Of a DNA stretch of 64,000 nucleotides, positions 1 through 10,251 are shown piece by piece. Under the pieces are notes generated by a model. It made no database searches, was not told where the DNA came from, and worked only from the letters and a program-made list of their open reading frames with translations. A program made the position numbers and the translations under genes. Source of the stretch: Candidatus Uhrbacteria bacterium (GTDB taxonomy: Bacteria > Patescibacteriota > Patescibacteriia > UBA9934 > GWF2-40-263); the NCBI GenBank assembly GCA_016205975.1, contig JACQSK010000012.1, positions 15,210 to 79,209 of the forward strand. The letters are read 5' to 3'. The stretch's first letter is position 1, and every line of letters begins with the position of its first letter.

Positions 1-606
1 TGGCAGGGGCAGGGGAAGACCGTCATCATCGCATCAGAAGGTGACGCGATTCTTGGCGCCCTCGCGATCGCCGACGCGCCCAAGGCGCAGGCGAAGGCAG
101 CCGTATCCGAGCTCAAGCGCATGGGACGCGAGGTCGTGATGGTCACCGGCGATAACCGTAAGACGGCCGAGGCGATCGCGCGCGAGCTGGGGATCGATCA
201 GGTCGAGGCGGAGGTCTTGCCCGGGACCAAGCTTGAGGTCGTGAAGGCCTGGCAGGCGAAGGGCAAGCGCGTGGCCTACGTGGGCGACGGGATCAACGAC
301 GCTCCCGCGCTCACACAAGCCGACCTGGGCATCGCCGTGGGATCGGGAACGGACGTGGCGATCGAGGCCGGACAGATCGTGCTGGTGGGCGGCGGCCCCG
401 AGAAGGTTGTCGCCGGTATTAAGCTCACGGCCGCGACCTATCGTGGTATCAAACAAAATCTATTCTGGGCGTTTTTCTATAACGTCGTGGCGATCCCGCT
501 GGCAGCGCTGGGCCTCCTGAATCCGCTCATCGCCTCCGCGGCCATGGCGCTGTCTTCGGTGTCGGTGGTGATGAACTCGCTCAGGATCAAGCGGGCGAAG
601 ATTTAA
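1..606 (+). CDS. copA: Heavy-metal (Cu-type) P1B ATPase, C-terminal part; runs in from the window edge
   Basis: MVTGDN, VGDGINDAPAL, QNLFWAFFYN and AMALSSVSVV motifs; YN and MxxSS are typical of Cu-type P1B ATPases. Confidence 0.85.
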   Translation, partial: WQGQGKTVIIASEGDAILGALAIADAPKAQAKAAVSELKRMGREVVMVTGDNRKTAEAIARELGIDQVEAEVLPGTKLEVVKAWQAKGKRVAYVGDGINDAPALTQADLGIAVGSGTDVAIEAGQIVLVGGGPEKVVAGIKLTAATYRGIKQNLFWAFFYNVVAIPLAALGLLNPLIASAAMALSSVSVVMNSLRIKRAKI

Positions 607-616
607 TCGTCCTACG

Positions 617-645
617 AAAACCGAGTCGTTCAAAGCTCGGTTTTT
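617..645 (+). terminator. Intrinsic terminator after the ATPase
   Basis: aaaaccgag-tcgttcaaag-ctcggtttt hairpin with T tract. Confidence 0.6.
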
Positions 646-760
646 GTGTTCTCGGTTCTCTATGTTATGCTGCTCGCTGTGAAGATACAGATCCCCTCGG
701 GCCGTAGCCAGCCGGCGAGGTACCCCCTAGAGAAGCCCTCTAGGGGGAAATTAGGCTGTT

Positions 761-2812
761 ATGAATTTCTACCTCCACTCTCCCTACCAACCCGCAGGCG
801 ATCAGCCTCATGCCATCGAGCAATTGACGGCCGGTGTTTTGGCAGGTGAGCGCGCGCAGACGTTGCTTGGCGTGACGGGTTCGGGCAAGACGTTTACGAT
901 GGCCAACGTCATCCAGAATGTCCAGCGCCCCACGCTCGTGATCGCGCACAACAAGACGCTTGCCGCGCAGCTTTGTAACGAGTTCCGTGAGTTTTTTCCT
1001 GAGAACGCGGTGGAGTATTTCGTGAGCTACTACGATTACTATCAGCCCGAGGCGTACCTGCCGCGCACGGATACATACATCGAAAAGGAGGCGATGATCA
1101 ACGAGGAGATCGACCGCTTGCGCCATGCGGCCACGCAGGCCGTGCTGTCGCGCCGCGACGTGATTATCGTGGCGAGCGTGTCGTGCATTTATGCGTTGGG
1201 GAGTCCAGAGGAGTATGAGAGGAGCGTGCTTCATCTGGAGGGGCGCAGGGGGGAAGGGCGCAAAGGGGGACAAAGGGCGCAAAGTGGAGAAGGGTTAGAT
1301 CGTAATGAATTGCTGCGCCGGCTCACGGATCTGCAGTTTGAGCGCACGACGGCGGATTTGACGCGCGGCCATTTCAGAGCGCGCGGCGATATCGTCGAGG
1401 TCATGCCCATGCAGGAGCAAATCGTGTACCGGTTGGTCTTTGAGGATGAGCGTATCGCCGCCATGCAGGCGCTTGATCCGATCACGCGCAAGATCCGCGA
1501 GGAGTTGCATGACGTGTGGATTTTTCCCGCCAAGCATTATGTCGTCTCACAGCCCCGTCAGGCGCAGGCTCTGCGCGACATTCGGTTTGAGCTTCAAGCG
1601 CAGCTCGAGCGTTTCGATCAGGAAGGCAAGGTCCTTGAGGCCGAGCGCCTCTCGCGCCGCACGCGCTATGACTTAGAGATGATCCAGAACATCGGCTATT
1701 GCAACGGCATTGAAAACTACTCCCGCAACTTTGACGGCCGCGCGCCCGGCGAGCCGCCGTATACGCTCATCGATTATTTCCCCAAGGATTATTTGCTCAT
1801 GATCGACGAGAGCCACGTGACGGTCCCGCAGATTGGCGGCATGTACAACGGCGACCGTGCTCGAAAAAATACGTTGGTTGAGCACGGCTTCCGATTGCCG
1901 AGCGCCAAAGATAACCGGCCGCTCCAGTTTTCTGAGTTTGAGGAACGCGTCGGACAAGTGGTTTTTGTCAGCGCCACGCCTGGGGCGTACGAGAAGGAAA
2001 CGTCAGGCCGGGTTGTGGAGCAGATCATCAGGCCTACGGGACTTGTAGATCCGGAGATTACGGTGCGGGGAGTCACGGAAGGGCGCAAAGGGGGACAAAG
2101 GGCGCAAAGGGGGCAAGTTGAGGATCTTATCGAGGAGATCGTGCTGCGCGTTGAGAAAAAAGAACGTACGCTCGTGACGACGCTTACGAAAAAGATGGCC
2201 GAGGATTTGACGGAGTTCCTTGTCGAGAAAGGCATCAAGGTTCAGTACCTCCACTCAGACGTGCAGACGCTCGACCGTATCACCACGCTCTCCGACTTGC
2301 GCCGCGGTGTGTATGACGTGATCGTCGGCGTGAACTTGCTGCGTGAGGGATTAGACCTTCCCGAGGTGACGCTCGTCGCGATCTTGGACGCGGACAAAGA
2401 AGGCTTCTTGCGCTCCGAGACGTCTATCATCCAGACCATCGGCCGCGCCGCGCGCAACGTGAAGGGCGAGGTGATTCTCTACGCGGACGAAATCACCGGC
2501 TCGGTCAAACGCGCCATCAAGGAAACCGAGCGCCGTCGCAAGATTCAGCTTGCCTATAACAAGAAGCACAACATCACGCCCAAGACCATCGAAAAACAGA
2601 TTCACGATATCCGCGCGATACTCTCTGGTGACGAAAAATCTACTGAGGCGATTTTGAAACTCGAGCTCACCGCCGAGCCGCACGAGATCAAGGAAGTCAT
2701 CAAAGAAAAAGAATACGAGATGCAGGAGGCCGCGAAGAAGCTTGACTTCGAGACGGCGGCAATTTTGCGAGATGAGATCGCGTTGCTGAAGAAAGAATTG
2801 AAAGGGAAATGA
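761..2812 (+). CDS. uvrB: Excinuclease ABC subunit B, with two in-frame repeat insertions
   Basis: [18 protein letters not shown] beta-hairpin, [15 protein letters not shown]-terminal UVR domain. Confidence 0.98.
   Translation: MNFYLHSPYQPAGDQPHAIEQLTAGVLAGERAQTLLGVTGSGKTFTMANVIQNVQRPTLVIAHNKTLAAQLCNEFREFFPENAVEYFVSYYDYYQPEAYLPRTDTYIEKEAMINEEIDRLRHAATQAVLSRRDVIIVASVSCIYALGSPEEYERSVLHLEGRRGEGRKGGQRAQSGEGLDRNELLRRLTDLQFERTTADLTRGHFRARGDIVEVMPMQEQIVYRLVFEDERIAAMQALDPITRKIREELHDVWIFPAKHYVVSQPRQAQALRDIRFELQAQLERFDQEGKVLEAERLSRRTRYDLEMIQNIGYCNGIENYSRNFDGRAPGEPPYTLIDYFPKDYLLMIDESHVTVPQIGGMYNGDRARKNTLVEHGFRLPSAKDNRPLQFSEFEERVGQVVFVSATPGAYEKETSGRVVEQIIRPTGLVDPEITVRGVTEGRKGGQRAQRGQVEDLIEEIVLRVEKKERTLVTTLTKKMAEDLTEFLVEKGIKVQYLHSDVQTLDRITTLSDLRRGVYDVIVGVNLLREGLDLPEVTLVAILDADKEGFLRSETSIIQTIGRAARNVKGEVILYADEITGSVKRAIKETERRRKIQLAYNKKHNITPKTIEKQIHDIRAILSGDEKSTEAILKLELTAEPHEIKEVIKEKEYEMQEAAKKLDFETAAILRDEIALLKKELKGK
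1252..1284 (+). repeat. Family A purine-rich intragenic repeat, copy 1 (uvrB)
   Basis: ggaagggcgcaaagggggacaaagggcgcaaag, 33 bp identical to 2077-2109. Confidence 0.9.
2077..2116 (+). repeat. Family A repeat, copy 2 (uvrB)
   Basis: 33-bp identity with copy 1; encodes [12 protein letters not shown]. Confidence 0.9.
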
Positions 2813-5406
2813 TTATGCAAGACAAGATCGTGATCAAAGGCGCCCGGGAGCACAATCTCAAGAACATCTCGCTTGAGCTGCCGCGCAACAAGCTCATCTG
2901 CTTCACCGGCGTCTCGGGCTCGGGGAAGTCAAGTTTGGCGTTCGATACGATTTTTGCCGAGGGGCAGCGCCGGTATGTCGAATCGCTTTCGGCGTATGCG
3001 CGGCAATTTTTGGGGCAGATGGAAAAACCGGACGTGGACGAGATCGAAGGATTGTCGCCGGCGATCTCCATTGACCAAAAGGCGCATGGGAGCAATCCGC
3101 GCTCCACCGTCGCGACCATCACCGAGATTTACGATTATCTGCGCGTCTTGTTCGCGCGCGTGGGGACGCCGCATTGCGTGACGTGCGGCGAGGCGATTCA
3201 GAAGCTGACGAACGAGGAGATGGTGGACGTGGTGTGGGAGAGGGCGCAAAGGGGGACGAGGGAACGGGCGCAAATGGGGATAGAGGGCGCAAAGGGGGCA
3301 AAGGGGGAAGGGGGATCGTTGAAGATTTTGGCGCCGGTGGTGCGGGGAAGGAAGGGCGAGTACTACCAGATGCTCTATGACCTGTATAACTCTGGCTTCG
3401 CGCGCGTGCGGATCGACGGGAAAGAATTTCGGTTGGATGAGCAAATTAAACTGGCTCGCTACAAACAGCACACCATCGAGATCGTCGTGGACACGATTGC
3501 GGTTGCGTCGTTTGCGACCACCCCCAAGGACGCGCGCCAGCGCTTGGCCGACGCTCTCGAGATTGCCGTGGATCGCGGAGGGGACGTGGCGACGATTATC
3601 TATCCGGACATGAGCGAGCAGCTCCTGTCCAGCAAGTTCAGCTGTCCCAAAGACGGCTTTTCATTTCCCGAGATCGAGCCGCGTTTGTTTTCGTTTAACT
3701 CGCCGTATGGCGCCTGTACTGAATGTACGGGGTTGGGGACGGCGGAGTTGTTCTCCGAGGAGCTGTGCGGGCTGTGCTCGGGAGCGCGATTGAGGAAAGA
3801 GTCGCTGTATGTGTGGCTGCCTGGTGGGGAGACAAAGGAGGACAAAGGGCGCAAAGGGGTATCGATTGTGGATATCACAAGAATGTCGATCGTGCAGGCG
3901 GTTGAGTATTTCAACACGCTGACGCTCACGGAAAAGCAAACGCAGATCGCGAGCTCTGTGCTGAAAGAGATCCAGAATCGTCTGCAGTTCATGCTGGACG
4001 TTGGCCTCCATTACCTGACGCTCAATCGGATGGCGGGAACGCTCTCGGGCGGAGAGGCACAGCGCATCCGGCTTGCCAGTCAGGTCGGTTCCAAATTGGT
4101 GGGCGCCATGTATGTGCTGGACGAGCCGACGATCGGGTTGCATCAGCGCGACAACGATCGATTGATCGAGACCTTGGAAAACTTGCGCGACATCGGCAAT
4201 ACCGTAATCGTCGTCGAGCATGATGAGGACACGATCCTTGCCAGCGACTATATGGTTGAAATCGGTCCGGGTGCGGGCGTGAACGGCGGACACGTGATCG
4301 CCGCGGGGGAGATGTCGAAAATCATCGACGACACAAAGTCCCTCACGGCGGCGTACTTGCGAGGCGACAAAAAAATAGACGTGCCGGCGGAGCGCCGCGC
4401 TCCAGGCAGGGATGCGATCAAGATCAAGGGCGCATCACAGCACAACCTCAAGCATATCGACGTGGAGATTCCTCTGCGGCGGTTCGTGTGCGTCACGGGT
4501 GTCTCAGGTTCGGGTAAGTCCAGCCTGGCCTATGAGACGCTGTATAAGGCGATCTCGAAACGCTTATATGCGACCAAGCATACGCCCGGCGCGCATGAGG
4601 CGCTGTTGGGCGTAGAGTATCTGGACAAGGCGATCCTGATCGATCAAGGCGCCATCGGCCGCACCTCGCGGTCGAACCCGGCGACCTACACCGGCGCGTG
4701 GGATCCCATCCGTGACCTGTTTGCTTCAACGGCCGAGGCGCGTTATCGCGGATACAAAAAAGGTCGGTTCAGTTTCAACCGACCAGGCGGACGATGCGAG
4801 CATTGCGAGGGCCACGGCTTGATCTCGATCGAGATGCATTTTTTGCCGACCGTCTTTGTCACGTGCGACGTGTGCAAGGGGAGGCGGTTCGACCGAGAGA
4901 CGCTCGAGATCGTGTACAAGGAGAAGAATATCTTTCAGGTTTTGGAAATGGAAGTCGAGCAAGCCGCGGAGTTTTTCAAGGACGTCCCGGCCGTGTCCGA
5001 CAGGCTTGAGACGCTCAAGCGCGTCGGTCTGGGCTACGTGAAACTCGGCCAGCCCGCGCCCACGCTCTCCGGCGGCGAGGCGCAGCGCGTAAAGCTCTCG
5101 ACCGAGCTCGCCAAACGACAGACAGGCAAGACGCTGTACTTACTCGATGAGCCCACGACCGGGCTGCACTTTGAGGATGTGAAGAAGCTGCTGGAAGTCC
5201 TGCACGAGCTCGTGAGCAAAGGGAACTCCGTTATCGTTATCGAGCACAATCTAGATGTGATCAAGACGGCTGACTGGATTATTGATTTGGGTCCAGAGGG
5301 CGGGGATCTTGGCGGTCATGTCGTCGTGGTTGGTACGCCTGAGGACGTGGCGCGCCACGCAAAAAGCTATACGGGGCAGTATTTGAAACGTGTGCTGAAG
5401 AAATAA
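2809..5406 (+). CDS. uvrA: Excinuclease ABC subunit A, with two in-frame repeat insertions
   Basis: Two ABC ATPase modules ([20 protein letters not shown]), Zn-finger cysteines; start overlaps the uvrB stop. Confidence 0.98.
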   Translation: MIMQDKIVIKGAREHNLKNISLELPRNKLICFTGVSGSGKSSLAFDTIFAEGQRRYVESLSAYARQFLGQMEKPDVDEIEGLSPAISIDQKAHGSNPRSTVATITEIYDYLRVLFARVGTPHCVTCGEAIQKLTNEEMVDVVWERAQRGTRERAQMGIEGAKGAKGEGGSLKILAPVVRGRKGEYYQMLYDLYNSGFARVRIDGKEFRLDEQIKLARYKQHTIEIVVDTIAVASFATTPKDARQRLADALEIAVDRGGDVATIIYPDMSEQLLSSKFSCPKDGFSFPEIEPRLFSFNSPYGACTECTGLGTAELFSEELCGLCSGARLRKESLYVWLPGGETKEDKGRKGVSIVDITRMSIVQAVEYFNTLTLTEKQTQIASSVLKEIQNRLQFMLDVGLHYLTLNRMAGTLSGGEAQRIRLASQVGSKLVGAMYVLDEPTIGLHQRDNDRLIETLENLRDIGNTVIVVEHDEDTILASDYMVEIGPGAGVNGGHVIAAGEMSKIIDDTKSLTAAYLRGDKKIDVPAERRAPGRDAIKIKGASQHNLKHIDVEIPLRRFVCVTGVSGSGKSSLAYETLYKAISKRLYATKHTPGAHEALLGVEYLDKAILIDQGAIGRTSRSNPATYTGAWDPIRDLFASTAEARYRGYKKGRFSFNRPGGRCEHCEGHGLISIEMHFLPTVFVTCDVCKGRRFDRETLEIVYKEKNIFQVLEMEVEQAAEFFKDVPAVSDRLETLKRVGLGYVKLGQPAPTLSGGEAQRVKLSTELAKRQTGKTLYLLDEPTTGLHFEDVKKLLEVLHELVSKGNSVIVIEHNLDVIKTADWIIDLGPEGGDLGGHVVVVGTPEDVARHAKSYTGQYLKRVLKK
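3236..3315 (+). repeat. Family A repeat, copy 3 (uvrA), the longest array
   Basis: agggcgcaaagggggac...gggcgcaaatggggatagagggcgcaaagggggcaaagggggaaggggg. Confidence 0.88.
3826..3860 (+). repeat. Family A repeat, copy 4 (uvrA)
   Basis: ggggagacaaaggaggacaaagggcgcaaaggggt. Confidence 0.85.
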
Positions 5407-5407
5407 A

Positions 5408-5438
5408 AATAGGCGGGCGAGGCCCGCCTATCATTTTT
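5408..5438. terminator. Bidirectional terminator between uvrA and the convergent cupredoxin gene
   Basis: ataggcggg-cgagg-cccgcctat stem flanked by A and T tracts. Confidence 0.7.
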
Positions 5439-5440
5439 TA

Positions 5441-5974
5441 TTATTCAACGATCAGTGCACCTTCCATCCCAAACGCGCGGTGCGAACCGATGTCGCAGTA
5501 GATGGGATACGTTCCCGGTTCGCTTGGCGCTGTGAAGGTCAAGGCTTCCCCTTCGACGATCGCGAAGTTCAGATTGAGTTCGTCGATCACGAATGTGTGG
5601 AACCCGGAGTTCTTGGTAAACGTGACGCGGACGAGGTCACCGGGCGACGCCTTGATTTCTTTTGTGCTGAAGAAGAAGTTGCCTGTTTCCATGTCGAGCG
5701 ACACGTCCTCCTCTTCGCCCAAGACGACTTCGATGACCGGGACGTCGTTTTGCGTTGTGACGTTTCCAAACTCATCGATCTCAACGATCAAGCCGGCTTG
5801 GACATTGGCGGCATCCGAATCCTCGGATGCGCCGTTGGTTGGTTCATCGGCGTTTTGTCCGGCGGTGAACTCCACATCCGCGGTTGCTTCCGCAGATGTC
5901 TGTGAATCCGTTTGTGCGGCGCATCCGGCTCCGACGAGCACGAGGACGGCCAAGAGGGGGAAGATATTTTTCAT
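5441..5974 (-). CDS. Cupredoxin (plastocyanin/azurin-like) domain lipoprotein
   Basis: Start MKNIFPLLAVLVLVGAGC (lipobox); type-1 Cu ligands H...YCDIGSHRAFGM; true start is inside the listed 484-aa ORF. Confidence 0.85.
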   Translation of the reverse strand: MKNIFPLLAVLVLVGAGCAAQTDSQTSAEATADVEFTAGQNADEPTNGASEDSDAANVQAGLIVEIDEFGNVTTQNDVPVIEVVLGEEEDVSLDMETGNFFFSTKEIKASPGDLVRVTFTKNSGFHTFVIDELNLNFAIVEGEALTFTAPSEPGTYPIYCDIGSHRAFGMEGALIVE

Positions 5975-6031
5975 AGTGAGTCCATGGTACCAAGGTTCTT
6001 CTTGGGCGCCAAGTATGGTAGGATTTTTGCT

Positions 6032-7372
6032 ATGATTCCGCCAGAAATTCATTTGAAGAATCGTCACCTCCCTGACGCGCCTGGCGTGTATTTTTATTAC
6101 GATCGCGCGGGCCGCCTGCTGTACATCGGCAAGGCGACGTCCTTGAAGCGACGCGTCGGTTCCTATTTTGTGAAGGCGCACGACGATCGCATCGGCGAGA
6201 TGGTGGCGCAGATTCGCAAGATCGATTACATCGAGACGCCCACAGTGATCGAGGCGTTGGTGCTTGAAGCCAACCAGATCAAGGCCCATCAACCCAAGTA
6301 TAATATCCTCCAGCGCGACGACAAGACGTTTTTGTATCTGGTGATCACCAACGAGGCGTTCCCTCGGCCGGTGTTGATGCGCGGACGCGAGCTTCAGCAG
6401 ATGGGGGTGGATCCGTTGAAGAGGAAGGGAGACAAAGGGAAACAAAGGGCGCAAAGGGACTGGGGAGGAAAATTTTTGCGCGTGTTTGGTCCGTACACGA
6501 GCAGCCGTTCGCTCAAGATGGCGCTTGACTTGATCCGTCGAAGTATTCCCTGGAGCGACTGTCAGCCTCCTGGGGTCACGGGTCGGCACCGACCGTGTTT
6601 TAACGCCCAGATCGGGAAGTGTCCGGGCGTGTGCTCGGGGACGATCAGCAAAACAGCCTATCGGCGCGTGATCCGTCAGCTCATTCTTTTTTTTGATGGG
6701 AAGAAGGCGAGGCTTGAGCGGGAGCTGAAAAAAGACATGGCACGCGCGGCCAAGGAGCTTCGTTTTGAAGAAGCCGCGGCGCTGCATCGTCGCCTCACCG
6801 CGCTCACGCACATCCAGGACATTGCGCTCATTTCGCGGGAGGACCATGAGCTTCCGTTTACGCAAGAGAGGACAGAGGGGTCCATCAATCTTCATGGCCG
6901 CATCGAGGCCTACGACATAAGCAATATCTCAGGCACGTCAGCGGTCGGATCGATGGTGGTGTTTGTGGAAGGGAAGCCGGTCAAGGCGCTGTATCGTAAG
7001 TTTAAGATAAAGACGGTTATGGGAGTCAACGACGTTGCGTGCATGGAGGAAGTCATGAGGAGAAGGTTACAAAGGGGGCAAAGGGCGCAAAGGGGATGGG
7101 AGTTGCCGGAGCTAATGGTTATCGATGGGGGAGAGCCGCAGGTGAATCGAGTCCAAGAGGTACTCGATGCGCTCGGCGTGACCGTGCCGATCATTGGGAT
7201 CGCCAAGGGGTTTGATCGCAAGCAAGATCGTCTTGTATACGATCACAGCAACCAAGAGTTACAACGCGTTGTTACACGCGGCAAAGAATTATTTCAGCGC
7301 GCGCGCGACGAAGCCCATCGGTTTGCGGTGAAGTATCACAGAACGCTCAGAACCAGACACTCCATCCGTTAG
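6032..7372 (+). CDS. uvrC: Excinuclease ABC subunit C, short form lacking the C-terminal HhH domain
   Basis: GIY-YIG (PGVYFYY...YIGKA), UVR coiled coil, RNase H-like domain (YDISNISG, IDGG, RDEAHRFA). Confidence 0.93.
   Translation: MIPPEIHLKNRHLPDAPGVYFYYDRAGRLLYIGKATSLKRRVGSYFVKAHDDRIGEMVAQIRKIDYIETPTVIEALVLEANQIKAHQPKYNILQRDDKTFLYLVITNEAFPRPVLMRGRELQQMGVDPLKRKGDKGKQRAQRDWGGKFLRVFGPYTSSRSLKMALDLIRRSIPWSDCQPPGVTGRHRPCFNAQIGKCPGVCSGTISKTAYRRVIRQLILFFDGKKARLERELKKDMARAAKELRFEEAAALHRRLTALTHIQDIALISREDHELPFTQERTEGSINLHGRIEAYDISNISGTSAVGSMVVFVEGKPVKALYRKFKIKTVMGVNDVACMEEVMRRRLQRGQRAQRGWELPELMVIDGGEPQVNRVQEVLDALGVTVPIIGIAKGFDRKQDRLVYDHSNQELQRVVTRGKELFQRARDEAHRFAVKYHRTLRTRHSIR
6421..6470 (+). repeat. 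Family A repeat, copy 5 (uvrC)
   Basis: agggagacaaagggaaacaaagggcgcaaagggac. Confidence 0.85.
7069..7102 (+). repeat. Family A repeat, copy 6 (uvrC)
   Basis: acaaagggggcaaagggcgcaaaggggatggg. Confidence 0.85.
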
Positions 7373-7373
7373 G

Positions 7374-7382
7374 TTATCCACA
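7374..7382 (+). promoter_or_regulatory. Consensus DnaA box upstream of mraZ
   Basis: TTATCCACA exact match. Confidence 0.5.
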
Positions 7383-7450
7383 TATTTTTTTGGATCGATT
7401 TCGTCCTGCAAAACAGGGCTTTTTTGATGGTCGAAAGTGGATAGAAGTAT

Positions 7451-7503
7451 TTGACGCGTGTCATTCAGTGGTTTAGAATGGTGACAGGTGGAGATAAGTG
7501 GGG
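7451..7503 (+). promoter_or_regulatory. mraZ promoter with MraZ-binding repeats
   Basis: TTGACG-17bp-TAGAAT; GTGG/ATGG units at 7468, 7478, 7488 and 7498 (10-bp period). Confidence 0.75.
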
Positions 7504-7563
7504 ATTGATCGAGAGCCGCTCGATTGATGCTCACTTTTATTTAAGTGCCACCCAAGCGGCTCT

Positions 7564-7995
7564 ATGTTTATCGGCGAGTACAAACACGCGATCGATGAAA
7601 AAGGACGTCTTGCGATTCCCGTTAAGTTTCGCAAAGACCTTGCCAAGGGAGCCGTGGTCACGAGGGGACTCGACACGTCGCTGTTCCTGTTCCCCAAGGA
7701 GGAGTGGGGCAAGCTCGCACAGAAACTGGCTAGTTTGCCCCTGGGGCAATCCAACAGCCGCGCCTTCGCCCGACTCATGCTTGCGGGCGCCATGGACGTG
7801 GAGATGGATAAACAGGGACGCGTCGTGTTGCCGGAATACCTCCGAGAGTATGCGAGCCTTGAGAAGGCCGTTGTCGTGGCTGGTCTCTACACGCGCGTGG
7901 AGATTTGGGACCAGCGGAAGTGGGAGGCGTACAAGAAAAAAGTTGAGAGCGACGCCGATGCGGTTGCGGAGAAGCTGGGGGAGCTTGGCGTGTAG
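7564..7995 (+). CDS. mraZ: Division/cell-wall cluster repressor MraZ
   Basis: MFIGEYKHAIDEKGRLAIP and second DKQGRV motif. Confidence 0.97.
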   Translation: MFIGEYKHAIDEKGRLAIPVKFRKDLAKGAVVTRGLDTSLFLFPKEEWGKLAQKLASLPLGQSNSRAFARLMLAGAMDVEMDKQGRVVLPEYLREYASLEKAVVVAGLYTRVEIWDQRKWEAYKKKVESDADAVAEKLGELGV

Positions 7996-8102
7996 AGATC
8001 TCTGTCGTTCGGATGCGCGGTTTGGAGTGTGTCTCGTGGTTAATGAACCTTTCCACGAGAAGCACTTCAATCCCGGCATCCTAACAGGAGGCAGCATTTT
8101 TT

Positions 8103-8966
8103 ATGCACGAACCTGTCCTCCTTCCTGAGGTGATTGCATCCCTCAAGCCGGAGCCGAACCATTTTTTGATAGACGGCACCGTGGGGCTGGGGGGACATGC
8201 GGAAGGTTTCCTTGCGCGTGTCCTTCCTGGCGGCCGTCTGCTGGGCATTGATCGCGATGCCGACAATCTGGAGCGTGCGCGTGAGCGTCTCTCTGGATTT
8301 GGTGAAAGCGTTGTGTTGGTTCAGGACAGCTATGCCAACGTTAAGGCTCATGCGTATGCTCATGGATTTCATCACGTCAACGCGGTTCTCCTGGATCTTG
8401 GTTTCTCTTCTGTCCATGTGGATGATCCAAGCCGGGGCTTCTCGTTTACGCACGATGGACCACTCGACATGCGCTATGACCGTTCACAAGCGCTCACCGC
8501 AGAGCGAATCGTGAACACATGGTTGGTCGATGAGCTGGCGCGGATTTTCCGGCAGTTCGGCGAAGAGACGCGCGCGCGTCAAGCCGCAGAGGCGATCGAC
8601 GCGTGCCGAGGGCTGGCGCGCATCCAGACGACGAGGCAATTGGTGGCGTGTCTTGAGCGCGTGCTTCCTCGACAGGGAAAGGCACACGGCGCAACTCGCG
8701 TGTTCCAAGCACTCAGGATCGCGGTCAACGACGAGTTGGGGCAGCTCGAACGGGCTCTTCCCGATTTCGTGGACTTGCTCGTGCCAGGCGGAAGAATCGC
8801 CATCATCAGCTTCCACTCGCTGGAAGACCGATTGGTTAAACGATTTCTGAAGTCGCGCATGGATCTGCGCCTCGTGAACAAACGCGTCATCACCCCAAGC
8901 CAAGAGGAAGTGCGAAAGAACCCTCGCGCCCGCAGCGCCAAGCTGCGCGTGGCCGAGAAATTGTAA
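8103..8966 (+). CDS. rsmH: 16S rRNA m4C1402 methyltransferase
   Basis: HEPVLL, DGTVGLGGH, DLGFSS, PLDMR, ISFHSLEDR, NPRARSAKLR. Confidence 0.97.
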   Translation: MHEPVLLPEVIASLKPEPNHFLIDGTVGLGGHAEGFLARVLPGGRLLGIDRDADNLERARERLSGFGESVVLVQDSYANVKAHAYAHGFHHVNAVLLDLGFSSVHVDDPSRGFSFTHDGPLDMRYDRSQALTAERIVNTWLVDELARIFRQFGEETRARQAAEAIDACRGLARIQTTRQLVACLERVLPRQGKAHGATRVFQALRIAVNDELGQLERALPDFVDLLVPGGRIAIISFHSLEDRLVKRFLKSRMDLRLVNKRVITPSQEEVRKNPRARSAKLRVAEKL

Positions 8967-8992
8967 GCCATCCTGGCACCCCCACGGACTCT

Positions 8993-9358
8993 ATGTATTC
9001 GGTTCCCGTACAAGCCGCGGTGTATTCCCCTGACGCTTTTTCGCAAAAAAAGAGTTTTCGACTTTTTCTTCGCGATCACGCTGTTGGATTGAATGTCGCC
9101 TCTCTCATGGCCGTCGGTCTCCTGTTGATTGCACAGATCATCCAAGTGAACGCGGCGACGACGAAAGGCTATCAGATGCGTGAGCTGGAAAATCAAATCG
9201 GCGAGCTTTCTCTTTTGCAGCAAAAACTACAACTGGAATCGCGCAAGGTGCAGTCGCTTGAGCATGTTGCCAGCTCTGTGAAGATGCTCGGCTTTGTTGA
9301 GTCCGAGCAGCCGACGTATCTCTCTGCCTCCGTGCCATCGGTCGCCATGGCGCAGTAA
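8993..9358 (+). CDS. FtsL-like cell division protein
   Basis: Single TM helix plus coiled coil, directly after mraZ-rsmH. Confidence 0.6.
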   Translation: MYSVPVQAAVYSPDAFSQKKSFRLFLRDHAVGLNVASLMAVGLLLIAQIIQVNAATTKGYQMRELENQIGELSLLQQKLQLESRKVQSLEHVASSVKMLGFVESEQPTYLSASVPSVAMAQ

Positions 9359-9555
9359 TCCCGTAATAGGCGGGAGCCCCTGCTCTCGCAGGAAACAGCC
9401 AAACGTTGTTTTTTATTTGTGTGGATGGCTCTACACTCGTTTGACAAAGCCTCTGAGAGATGCGAGTGTAGCTTGGCCATGGATCCTCGTGGCACGATCG
9501 TGATCAGGCGGCGACCGAACAGGCGTCCGCAGATACGACACGAAAAGGAGAAGAG

Positions 9556-10104
9556 ATGGCAACGTTCCCACGCGGGGAAGTGTTTTACACGCTCAACCAC
9601 GACGCCCTCATCTGCCCACCGTTGTTTGAGCGTCGGCCTGTCAGGTTGTGCGAACTCGTGTCGGCACGCCACATCGAGAGTGAAGAGGAGTGGCGTAAGA
9701 GGCTTGCAGAGTTTCTCGCGAATTGCGATCACACTCGCGGCATCGATCGGCAGGATCTCATCATCGATCTCTCCTCGCCCTGGCCCATCGTGGTGAGGAG
9801 TCGGCTCAACTGTACGTTCGACGGGTCCCAGTGGACCATGCACATGGATCGGCGATTGCTGAGGACGACGTCCGAGGAAATTCTCCGCAAGGACATCGTT
9901 CAGATTTCCGTGGACGTGACCTTCGCGAGTGCCAGCTACGCATGGAATACGGCGGTCTGGCAGAATGACCACACCCACCATGTGGTGCGCAAGGACTGTT
10001 GGCGTTGTCAACTCTTCGGCCGTGACCCCAAGATTCTGATGGCCATGATGGTGGCTATCCAGACGAACCATGAAAGCCCCAGAGGCCTCCTGCTCAGTAC
10101 CTGA
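9556..10104 (+). CDS. Hypothetical protein
   Basis: 182-aa ORF with AAGGAG Shine-Dalgarno and a downstream terminator hairpin (about 10116-10146). Confidence 0.65.
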   Translation: MATFPRGEVFYTLNHDALICPPLFERRPVRLCELVSARHIESEEEWRKRLAEFLANCDHTRGIDRQDLIIDLSSPWPIVVRSRLNCTFDGSQWTMHMDRRLLRTTSEEILRKDIVQISVDVTFASASYAWNTAVWQNDHTHHVVRKDCWRCQLFGRDPKILMAMMVAIQTNHESPRGLLLST

Positions 10105-10251
10105 CCCTGCTTACGACGCCCTCATCATAGGGCGTTTTCTTTTTTTGAAGGACGGACCACGCCCTTGACGGATGGCCTTCGTTCATGTACCAATGCCTGT
10201 CGCAAGACGCCTACGCAACGGCGTGAGCGCTACGGCAGAACGGGAGATGAC

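Noticed and set aside
1238-3860. Inteins or introns as the explanation for the uvr insertions
   Set aside because: Far too short; no splice-junction residues or intron core structure.
5975-6895. N-terminal 307 aa of the listed 484-aa ORF
   Set aside because: Mostly antisense to uvrC; the real gene starts at 5974 with a lipoprotein signal.
7374-7382. Replication origin suggested by DnaA boxes (7374, 46496, 53024)
   Set aside because: The boxes are isolated, not clustered; no dnaA gene or unwinding element nearby.
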